Part shown: positions 39,070-47,342 of the stretch, one piece after another
How positions within the stretch are numbered: position 1 is the stretch's first letter
Layout of the letters: every line of letters begins with the position of its first letter
IMG/VR virus record: IMGVR_UViG_3300044641_004856
Span: 1 to 64,000 of that record
Length of the DNA stretch: 64,000 nt
Source: a virus
Reading direction: 5' to 3' (one strand)
Made by a program: the position numbers and the translations under genes
Notes under the pieces: generated by a model
Databases searched by the model: none
What the model saw: only the letters and a program-made list of their open reading frames with translations
What the model was told of the DNA's origin: nothing

Positions 39070-40397
39070 TGCCTGACGTAAAGGGTTTAGGTGCTAAAGC
39101 AGACCAAGAAAAAAGGTTGGCTGCTTCTCTTAAGGCTGCAGAAGATGCAAATGAGAAAGCAAAATTTGCTAAAAGCGTAGCGGAAAGGGCTAAGTCTAAA
39201 GAAACAACCTTAAAAGGACTAATAGCACAACTTGATTTGCTGCAGGCTGAAAAAACAAGGCTTTCTGGTTTAAGAACTTTCTATCAAAACAACCTTAATA
39301 ATTTAATCCTTAGTAATGCCAGTGAAGCAAACATTGCTGCTGCTAAAAAACTTTGGGTTGATACAGATAACTCTATTAAAAAAATTGACACTAATATTGC
39401 AAAAAAGGCTAAAGAATACGGAGATGCAGCCAATAATGGTAAAGTTTCTGCACGAGCAGGGGCTGCACAGTTTCGAAAAGAAGCCAAGGTTAGGCAACAA
39501 TTAGCAAAGGCTAAAAACGACAAAGCCAATCCTAATGGAAGTAAAAATACTAAAGAAGATACTGATGGTGCAAATGAAAACCCTATTAGATTTAATGCTC
39601 CTATGGTTAGGTCAGCATACTTTGGAACAAACCACCATTCAACTAAGTATTTAACCGCTAAAGGAGCATTACCGCCTGCTGCTTCACAACTTCTTGCTGA
39701 CCTCGGTAACTTTGGTGACGGACAAACTAACAGAGGGTTTATTATTCCAAACAAAAGGTCACAAGAGGCAGCCTTGTCTAAACTAGATGCTAAAGATAAA
39801 GCAATAGTTGGTGGGTATAAAGTTCCTTACGGATTTAGGTTTCATTACAATCCTCAATTTGTAACACAATCTTACGGTTCCATAACAGGTATTTCCCCAG
39901 AATTACTTGAGTCTGGAAAAGACAAGACAAACATGATAACTACTCCTGCTTCTAGTAGTTCAATTTCAATTACCTTGTACTTAAACAGAATTGAAGACAT
40001 GAACGCTTTGGCAAACTTTAACGTTAAAGAACCAAGTTATTTTGCTCCCATTAACTCTGATGAGAAATCTCTAAAGTACTACCCAGAAATAGTTTCAGCA
40101 TCAGACCGTAAACTAATTAAAGACTTTGGAACAATGTACGATTTAGACTTTCTTTTTAAAACAATAAACGGTGATATGGGTGGATACAAAAGCCCATTGC
40201 GTGGAATACAAACTGGCGATGTTGGCTGGTTAAACGGTATTGCAGTTGAGGTTCACATGGGAAGAAAACTAAGATATTTAGCAAGAGTAACAAACATCAG
40301 CGTTAATCATGTTCAGTTCACTGAAAATATGGTTCCAACATTAACTACCGTAGTTCTTACTATGGCACGGTTTCATGATGCAATGGTTAAGGATTAA
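39069..40397 (+). CDS. Tube initiator/baseplate protein with N-terminal coiled coil
   Basis: FRFHYNP...SISITLYLNR...ISVNHVQFTENMVP; follows the tape measure gene. Confidence 0.65.
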   Translation: MPDVKGLGAKADQEKRLAASLKAAEDANEKAKFAKSVAERAKSKETTLKGLIAQLDLLQAEKTRLSGLRTFYQNNLNNLILSNASEANIAAAKKLWVDTDNSIKKIDTNIAKKAKEYGDAANNGKVSARAGAAQFRKEAKVRQQLAKAKNDKANPNGSKNTKEDTDGANENPIRFNAPMVRSAYFGTNHHSTKYLTAKGALPPAASQLLADLGNFGDGQTNRGFIIPNKRSQEAALSKLDAKDKAIVGGYKVPYGFRFHYNPQFVTQSYGSITGISPELLESGKDKTNMITTPASSSSISITLYLNRIEDMNALANFNVKEPSYFAPINSDEKSLKYYPEIVSASDRKLIKDFGTMYDLDFLFKTINGDMGGYKSPLRGIQTGDVGWLNGIAVEVHMGRKLRYLARVTNISVNHVQFTENMVPTLTTVVLTMARFHDAMVKD

Positions 40398-40399
40398 AA

Positions 40400-40681
40400 G
40401 TGATTCCTTTATCTAGTAGATACGCTGATGGCCTTTTGTTAAAGGCTTACCACCCAGTCAAATTAAGTTTTGAAGTTGGTGTTTATCGTGTTTTCCCTAA
40501 TAACGTCTCTGGAGTTTTTTACTACTCTTGGGTAGAAGGTGACCGCCTTGATATTTTAGCAAGCAGATTTTTGGGTGACTCTCGTCTTTGGTGGGTTATC
40601 ATGGACTATAACGATGACATCCATAGTCCTTTTGAATTAGTTCCTGGTCAACAGTTAAGGATTCCAGTTCATGTCTTATAA
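40400..40681 (+). CDS. LysM/tail-X-like baseplate protein
   Basis: EGDRLDILASRFLGDSRLWWVIMDYN...PGQQLRIP. Confidence 0.85.
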   Translation: MIPLSSRYADGLLLKAYHPVKLSFEVGVYRVFPNNVSGVFYYSWVEGDRLDILASRFLGDSRLWWVIMDYNDDIHSPFELVPGQQLRIPVHVL

Positions 40682-41918
40682 TCAAAAGTATTCTTCACGT
40701 GAACACAACTCTTTTTCTGTAGAGTTTCCTGATTATCCAACTTTTGGTTTTTCTGCTGACAATATAACGTTAGAACAAAAAGTTAATACTCACGACGTTC
40801 TTACTATAGCCTTTACAAATTTTAATTTGGCTATGCTAAAAGGGCTAAAAACACAATCGCCAGTAGTCGTTAATTGGAAAACTTCTAATCAAGTACGTGG
40901 AACTTTTTATGGGGTTGTTTACGGAGTCCAAAGAACTCATGCTGTTCAATCCAGCAAAGACGTTCAAATTATTTGTTTAGGGTTGACTTTTTTAATGAAA
41001 GAGTCGAGGTCTGGTATTTGGACAAATAAAACAATTAATGAAGTAGTTAGTATTGTTGCAAAAAGAAACAAACTAAAAGCAGTAGTTAGTGGTCATCCAG
41101 CAAGATACTCTCAGATTACACAACAAGGAGAAAGTGATTGGGAGTTTTTACAAAGACTAGCGGATGATAGTGGCTATACCATCGCTATTAAAGATAAAAC
41201 TATTCTCTTTAGAACCATTGACGAAATTGTTTCTGAGTCTATTGGTGGAATGCCTATTTTATACCAAGAGCAAACCTTTATGCCAGCATTTTCTAGCCTA
41301 CAAGAACAAACACTAGATAGACTGACTCCGTTGTATGGAGACTACTTAGAAAGCCCTGACTTGCCTAACAACTCTAACAAAATTACTAGAGGTGTTGACC
41401 CGATAAAAGCACTTACGTTTACTTCTACTGAGTCACCAAAAAATAAACAACAAACAAGAAAAGTTAAATCTGACCCCATTTTCAACCAAGAACTTACTAA
41501 CGTAGTTGTTAATACAAAAGAATTCTCTCAATCTGTAGCAAAAGCAAAGGCTGCTAAAGCACGTTTTAACATACCTGCAAAATTTAAAAGCCAAGGTGAC
41601 CCACGAATAGTTCCAAATTCTTTGGTAGAAGTTAAGGGGATACTAGGAGATGCCGATGGCTATTGGTTAGTACACAAGGTTACTCACTACATAAACGTTA
41701 ATGGTGTGTACCAATGTAACGGCACTTTGCTTAGTGACGGTAAAGAACAAAATTATAGAAAACAACCTAACACAAATACACAGCCTGATAGTCCGTATGT
41801 AAACATACAGGCTGTACTAAAAAACCAAACCGCAACAAAAAATAAACCTTCGTATACCGCACCAACAATTTTGTTTAAAAATGGAAAAGCCACAACACTA
41901 ACTGGGAAATGGAGTTAA
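40671..41918 (+). CDS. Baseplate hub (gpD/VgrG-like)
   Basis: QQGESDWEFLQRLA, GDPRI and GYWLVHKVTH motifs. Confidence 0.85.
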   Translation: MSYNQKYSSREHNSFSVEFPDYPTFGFSADNITLEQKVNTHDVLTIAFTNFNLAMLKGLKTQSPVVVNWKTSNQVRGTFYGVVYGVQRTHAVQSSKDVQIICLGLTFLMKESRSGIWTNKTINEVVSIVAKRNKLKAVVSGHPARYSQITQQGESDWEFLQRLADDSGYTIAIKDKTILFRTIDEIVSESIGGMPILYQEQTFMPAFSSLQEQTLDRLTPLYGDYLESPDLPNNSNKITRGVDPIKALTFTSTESPKNKQQTRKVKSDPIFNQELTNVVVNTKEFSQSVAKAKAAKARFNIPAKFKSQGDPRIVPNSLVEVKGILGDADGYWLVHKVTHYINVNGVYQCNGTLLSDGKEQNYRKQPNTNTQPDSPYVNIQAVLKNQTATKNKPSYTAPTILFKNGKATTLTGKWS

Positions 41919-41920
41919 GC

Positions 41921-42325
41921 ATGTCGTATGAATCCGCAATAAGTTTTCCAATTCGCTTAGACAGTTATGGGAATCTTGCAACCACGGTTGACCCTAGTAA
42001 AATTTGGGCTGATAGAGTAACCTCTGTAATCGGTACTATGGTTGGTGAAAGAATCAATCGTCCAAATTTTGGAACACGTATTGCTCGTCAATGGATGAAT
42101 GGATTGAGCGGTATTCAAGGGGATATAGAGTCTGAAATTCAACAGGCGTTTATATCGTTTCTTCCTTTACTAAACTTGCTTGAAACTTCTTTTGAACACG
42201 ACGATGCAAATGGGTCTCTTAAAGTTATACTTACCTACGCACTACCAAACGATAAGGAAGAGTCTACTGTAATTGCTCTTGTCAGTATTGGCAATAAACA
42301 ACCTCAGTATCAGGAGAACATCTAA
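41921..42325 (+). CDS. Baseplate wedge protein (gp25/gpW family)
   Basis: AISFP and GERINRPNFGT motifs. Confidence 0.85.
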   Translation: MSYESAISFPIRLDSYGNLATTVDPSKIWADRVTSVIGTMVGERINRPNFGTRIARQWMNGLSGIQGDIESEIQQAFISFLPLLNLLETSFEHDDANGSLKVILTYALPNDKEESTVIALVSIGNKQPQYQENI

Positions 42326-43878
42326 TGGCAATTAATCAAATCCCAATAACAATTGACTATACAAGCAGGGACTATGAAGCCCTTCGTGAAGAATTAGTTG
42401 CTCGAATTAAGGAACGAATTCCTGAATGGAATGGTTCCGATAATGGTGACTTCGGCGTAGTTTTAGCAGAAGCATTTGCTTACATGGGAGATGTTGCAAA
42501 CTACTACATTGACCGAATTGCTAACGAGTCTTTTTTATCAACAGCAACTCAACGCGAAAGTATTTTAGCAATTGCGGAGACGTATGGTTACGTGCCTTCT
42601 GGGTATAAAAATGCTTCAGTCGATGTTGTTTTTTATAATAACTCTGCTTCTGCTGTAACTATTCCAGCAGAAACTCGTATAGATGGCGAAGTAATTGCAA
42701 ATGACACGGTAGAAACAGTCACTTTTACAACAACAGACAGCCTTATAGTTCCACCATTTTCTAATCAAGCACGAGGTGAAGCCACAGTTCTTGCGTATCA
42801 AGGAAAGTTAAATACTGTTGAAGCAAACGATGTTTATGGTGTTCTACTCGGAACCTCGGATGCAGAACCTTCTCAAACTTTTATTATTGATGACTTCCCA
42901 GTTGTAACTAATAGCGTTGAAATATACGTTCAGGGAGGAACTGCTTGGAAAAAATGGCAGAGAGTAACTCATTTAATTGATTTTAGTGCAAATGATGCAG
43001 TCTTTACTACGCGTTTAACACCAGATAATGAAGTAATCGTTCTTTTTGGAGATGGTATCTCTGGAGCAATTCCTACATACCAATCAGCAATTAGAGCAAA
43101 ATATGTTGTAGGTGGAGGAAATTCAGGGAATGTCCCAAGCGGTACTTTAATTAATATTGCCCGTGTTCCTGGTCTTTCACAAACACAGGTTTCTGCTTTA
43201 AACGGTGTAATAGACGTTAATAACGTAAATGCTGCTGTTGGAGGAAACGAGCCAGAAGATAATGAATCTATTCGTGCTGGTGCACCATTATTTTTACGCA
43301 CTCAAAACAGAGCAGTAACCCTCGATGATTTTCAAAATTTAGCCTTGTCTGTCGAAAATTGCGGTAAAGCAAAAGCAGTTGGAACATCTGCTACTGCTGT
43401 AACTTTGTATGTTGCTCCATACCGTGATTTTTCTGACTTTGATGCTACTCCTGGTATTGAAATAATCAGTAACGTACCAACTGCAACTCTTGAGTGGAAC
43501 CTGTTAAAAACAGACGTACAAAACTTTTTAGCAAATAAAATGCTTGTTGGAACAACTTTAAGTGTTGTTAAGCCTGTTTACGTTCCAGTAACAATGAACC
43601 TTCAATACACTCGAGAGCCAGAATTTAGCCAAACTGTTGTTGAAAAATCAATAAAAGCAGCAATCGTTGAAAACTACTCGTATAACTTTGTTGATTTTGG
43701 ACAAGAACTAACTATTCAAAATGTCGAATCTCTTCTTCAAACCGTTGAAGGTGTAAAATTTGCTAAATGTAGGTTTCTTTATAAAACAGGTGGAACCCCA
43801 AGTTTAGCAGCCATTTCTGCTTTACCGAATGAAATATTTACTTTTGCTGAACCAGATGTGGTGCTTGAGGTTCTTTAA
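42325..43878 (+). CDS. Baseplate J-like wedge protein
   Basis: IDYTSRDYEALR, NESFLSTAT, FGDG..GAIP and RAVTLDDF motifs. Confidence 0.9.
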   Translation: MAINQIPITIDYTSRDYEALREELVARIKERIPEWNGSDNGDFGVVLAEAFAYMGDVANYYIDRIANESFLSTATQRESILAIAETYGYVPSGYKNASVDVVFYNNSASAVTIPAETRIDGEVIANDTVETVTFTTTDSLIVPPFSNQARGEATVLAYQGKLNTVEANDVYGVLLGTSDAEPSQTFIIDDFPVVTNSVEIYVQGGTAWKKWQRVTHLIDFSANDAVFTTRLTPDNEVIVLFGDGISGAIPTYQSAIRAKYVVGGGNSGNVPSGTLINIARVPGLSQTQVSALNGVIDVNNVNAAVGGNEPEDNESIRAGAPLFLRTQNRAVTLDDFQNLALSVENCGKAKAVGTSATAVTLYVAPYRDFSDFDATPGIEIISNVPTATLEWNLLKTDVQNFLANKMLVGTTLSVVKPVYVPVTMNLQYTREPEFSQTVVEKSIKAAIVENYSYNFVDFGQELTIQNVESLLQTVEGVKFAKCRFLYKTGGTPSLAAISALPNEIFTFAEPDVVLEVL

Positions 43879-44348
43879 TGAATAACGAGTACACGGGAAC
43901 TTACCGAGGTGTCGTTACTAAAAATAAAGACACTGATGGTCACAGGCGAATTAAGTGTAAGGTTCCTCAATTATTTGGTGACGCAGAACTAAATTGGGCA
44001 TGGCCTTTAGAAACATCAAGCCTTAAAACACAAGTTCCAGATGTTGGTGAAGGTGTTTGGATTGCCTTTGAAGGTGGAGACCCAGGCTACCCAATTTGGA
44101 GTGGCAACTTTGGAAAACCAAAAAACGGTAAGCGAGTAAATGTTAAGGTCTTGTCAGACTCCGTTTCTTTAACTGGACTGACCCCTTATTTTAAAACCGA
44201 ACGTACTGCAAATGGGACTACAGAGATTGACCTTGTTGCTACCTTACTAGCCATGGCTGCTGCTTTAAAAGACCACGAAACACGCATTGCTACCTTAGAA
44301 ACTCAGATAACTCAGAAAGCAAACGTTAGCCACAGCCATCCTGCCTAG
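43878..44348 (+). CDS. Baseplate spike (gp5 OB-fold/gpV-like)
   Basis: YRGVV, RIKCKVPQ, PDVGEGVWIAFEGGDP.YP; C-terminal HSH. Confidence 0.85.
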   Translation: MNNEYTGTYRGVVTKNKDTDGHRRIKCKVPQLFGDAELNWAWPLETSSLKTQVPDVGEGVWIAFEGGDPGYPIWSGNFGKPKNGKRVNVKVLSDSVSLTGLTPYFKTERTANGTTEIDLVATLLAMAAALKDHETRIATLETQITQKANVSHSHPA

Positions 44349-44424
44349 TCATTCATAGCCTGTTTAGGGAGTCAAACTCCTTGTTTAACGTCAAAATTGA
44401 CCTTAGTCGTTTAGGAGAATAATT

Positions 44425-45093
44425 ATGCCCGCTTCGTATCCCGCAGGTGTCAAAGGTTTTACTACCAAGGTTGACTTTACCGACCTCGTATTAGCCGACC
44501 ACGTTAATGCTCTACAAGATGAAGTTCGTGCTCTACAAGCAACTATTGGCACAGACCCACAAGTAAGTAGTGGTTGGGTTGGAACTCTCGATAAAACAAC
44601 CCAAACTTGGGCAACGTTAAAAGCACGTATTGCAAATCTTGAGTACGGAGTAGTTAACGACTCACACACCCAGTACACACATAACACTGGTGGAGATACT
44701 ATTCAGGCTAATGGTGCAACCATTATTCCTCTTAAACTAAAAGGTTTTACTAGCCAAACAGCAGACTTACTAAGATTTGAAAACTCAGCAGGAACAACCT
44801 TAACTAAAGTTGATAAAGACGGAAAACTTTTCATTAACAATCAAGAAATCAAACCTGTTCTTCATCAACAGGCTCAACCAGATGGTGTGGCATTAGGATT
44901 ACCTCAAGGAACTCTTTGGGTAGATTCTGATTCAAACCCTGCAGTTTTATCTGTGGACACAACTATTCAAATTACTGGTGGAACCCTAACTGGTGACCAA
45001 GCATTGACTTCCCGCCTTCGTAATATCACCGTGTCTACTTCTGACCCAACTGGCGGAAATAACGGAGATATTTGGCTTAAGTACACTGTGTAG
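44425..45093 (+). CDS. Short tail fibre/stem protein
   Basis: ADHVNALQDEV N-terminus; ends RNITVSTSDPTGGNNGDIWLKY, a common fibre-tip motif. Confidence 0.65.
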   Translation: MPASYPAGVKGFTTKVDFTDLVLADHVNALQDEVRALQATIGTDPQVSSGWVGTLDKTTQTWATLKARIANLEYGVVNDSHTQYTHNTGGDTIQANGATIIPLKLKGFTSQTADLLRFENSAGTTLTKVDKDGKLFINNQEIKPVLHQQAQPDGVALGLPQGTLWVDSDSNPAVLSVDTTIQITGGTLTGDQALTSRLRNITVSTSDPTGGNNGDIWLKYTV

Positions 45094-45104
45094 GTCTAGG
45101 TACT

Positions 45105-46421
45105 ATGCCTATTCAGATTAAAGTCGCCAACAATTACGTTTCTTCAGGCTCTGCGTTTTTTAAAAGCGGTGGTGCTTGGATAAAGGCTAAAGAAGGTTAC
45201 GTAAAAGTTGAAGGCACTTGGCGTAAGTTTTTTGTGTCGGAGTTTAAAGACTTCTTTGAAAGAGCAAACGCTTCAACATTAGGCACTTCTCCTACTGGAC
45301 AAGCCTGGACAGTTGGTAGAGGCACTTGGAACATACTTGATGGTAAAGCACAAATTGCTACAGCAAAGTCAACATACCCAATTGCTTTAGTTGATGTTGG
45401 ACTAACAGATTTTGAACTACAGGCAAATGACATGGTTCCAGGAGTTGGCGTAATAATTAGGGCAGAGTCTTCTACTACTTGGTGGGGCTTAGTTGGTTGG
45501 AATAACCAAGTTGCTTACACATATTCTTTTTGCCCACAAGCACTCGTTAATCAAGGCTACTGCATTGTAGATAATATTTGCCAGCAAACAATTTGTCCTG
45601 GTGGGTATCAAACAGGGCAAAATTGTTCCCAAGGTCCTTGTTTAGTGCGTGAGCCAGACCAATTAGTTGGTATTGATTGTACGTATGCTTACTATCCAGG
45701 AACAACAACCTGTACTCCCGTCTCTACGCCACAAACAACTTGCCAAAACGTATGCATTAAAAACTGTACTAAAACAACTTGTACACCAGGAAAAACAACC
45801 TGTACCAACTACCCTAAATGGGGAAGACAGTGTTACACCAGTGAACCAACCTGTACCTCTTCCTCTTTCTGTTGTGATAGAGATACGGTATGCAGTACAA
45901 CAATTGTTATAACGCAATCTTGCACAACATCAGCAGGTAGTTATCGAGAAACGTGTGCTGGGTACTCTAGTCAGCAAGGAGCGTGTACCTCCTATGGTGC
46001 AGACGTTTGTACATCTTTTTCAACTTGTCCTGGTGGAACTACAACTCAAAACGTTGTCTGCGGTTACCCAGACTGTGCACAACTAGGTTCACGTCAAGTA
46101 TGCCCAGTTGCAGAACAAACGGCGACTGGATACAATTACTTCTATAAACTTTACCTAATTAAGTCTGTAAATGGCGTTATAACCGTAGAACAACAATTTG
46201 ATATTGGGGAAAACTTCAAGGCTCTTGGTGTGCTTGGAGTCGGTCCTAACTTAGCAGTAAACGTGTATAGAGATAACGCCTATAACGACCAGATTAAGGT
46301 GTTGAGTTACTCGTCGTTTACCTCCCCAGCAGGAAGTAACTTCGGTATATTTGGCTATCCTTCAAATTACCAAGAAGGTAATACAATTGGTTCAATACAA
46401 GTAAAGCAACCAGGAGCATAA
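45105..46421 (+). CDS. Putative fibre-tip adhesin with a 26-Cys insert in a beta-sandwich domain
   Basis: N-terminal KSGGAW..AKEGYVKVEGTW motif; all 26 Cys lie in 45531-46103. Confidence 0.65.
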   Translation: MPIQIKVANNYVSSGSAFFKSGGAWIKAKEGYVKVEGTWRKFFVSEFKDFFERANASTLGTSPTGQAWTVGRGTWNILDGKAQIATAKSTYPIALVDVGLTDFELQANDMVPGVGVIIRAESSTTWWGLVGWNNQVAYTYSFCPQALVNQGYCIVDNICQQTICPGGYQTGQNCSQGPCLVREPDQLVGIDCTYAYYPGTTTCTPVSTPQTTCQNVCIKNCTKTTCTPGKTTCTNYPKWGRQCYTSEPTCTSSSFCCDRDTVCSTTIVITQSCTTSAGSYRETCAGYSSQQGACTSYGADVCTSFSTCPGGTTTQNVVCGYPDCAQLGSRQVCPVAEQTATGYNYFYKLYLIKSVNGVITVEQQFDIGENFKALGVLGVGPNLAVNVYRDNAYNDQIKVLSYSSFTSPAGSNFGIFGYPSNYQEGNTIGSIQVKQPGA

Positions 46422-46422
46422 T

Positions 46423-46704
46423 ATGAGTGAAAAAAGTCCGTGGCAGTTATGGAAAGAAAAAAACCCAGGTGATGCTGTTCGTCCATGGGATTTACTAAAT
46501 CCTAATGTAAAGCGAGTCGACGATGAAACTCGGGATTACCGACTTAACCATTGTCTAGGATGCAAACATTTAATTAAAGCCACTAAAACATGTACTAAAT
46601 GTGGCTGTTTTATGACAGAAAAAACTAAATTAGCCCATGCTTCATGCCCCATTGGACTATGGGGTGCTGTTACTATAGAACCTACAAACACAGAAGGAGA
46701 ATAA
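46423..46704 (+). CDS. Small Cys-cluster protein (DUF6171-like)
   Basis: R...CLGC...CTKCGCFM..K......CPIGLW. Confidence 0.7.
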   Translation: MSEKSPWQLWKEKNPGDAVRPWDLLNPNVKRVDDETRDYRLNHCLGCKHLIKATKTCTKCGCFMTEKTKLAHASCPIGLWGAVTIEPTNTEGE

Positions 46705-46705
46705 A

Positions 46706-46891
46706 ATGGCGGAGAACCAAAGATTTTTAGCGTTTGTCCTTGATGGAGAAGTAGCAGAAATACTTCAGACCGATGACAAACTTGCTGCTATTTTTCTAAG
46801 TCAACCAAAAGTAGTTGAATTTGATAGAGAAAAAGACGGTGTTGTTGCTGGTATGAAGTACGACGGCACGAAGTTTAGTAACCCTGAGTAA
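46706..46891 (+). CDS. Small tail-associated protein
   Basis: AFVLDGEV...GMKYDGTKF pattern; AAGGAG RBS. Confidence 0.65.
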   Translation: MAENQRFLAFVLDGEVAEILQTDDKLAAIFLSQPKVVEFDREKDGVVAGMKYDGTKFSNPE

Positions 46892-46893
46892 AA

Positions 46894-47331
46894 ATGCCTA
46901 CATATAGAGAAGTATACGTTTGGAATGGGAACGCTTGGGACTCCCTTGCTATTGCCCTACCCGATTTAACTTCCTATGCCTCAAAAGTTGCTGACAATAC
47001 CTTTTCAGGTGCTCAAACTTTTTCTGGAAGAATTACTCGAGAAGGACAAGTTCCTTACGCTATTGAAACAGGGACAGTCAACCTCACTACAACAACTACT
47101 GGTGACCAATTAATTATTGGAACTAGAACTTTTGGAGTAGGGCGATTTACTTCAACACCTCTCGTATTTCTACAAGTTCGATACGGAACAACTGTTAAAA
47201 ACGGTTATGCAACAGCAAAGGCAGTTAGTTCAACTCAGTTTGGTTACGAAGTAGTTATGAACGTTGCCATTACAGATTCACAAAGTCCTATAACACTATT
47301 TGTTGATTATCTCGCTATCCAGATGGTCTAG
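46894..47331 (+). CDS. Fibre-type protein with a lectin-like C-terminus
   Basis: YVWNGNAW; NTFSGAQTFSG; GRFTSTPLVF. Confidence 0.55.
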   Translation: MPTYREVYVWNGNAWDSLAIALPDLTSYASKVADNTFSGAQTFSGRITREGQVPYAIETGTVNLTTTTTGDQLIIGTRTFGVGRFTSTPLVFLQVRYGTTVKNGYATAKAVSSTQFGYEVVMNVAITDSQSPITLFVDYLAIQMV

Positions 47332-47342
47332 GAGGTGAACCA

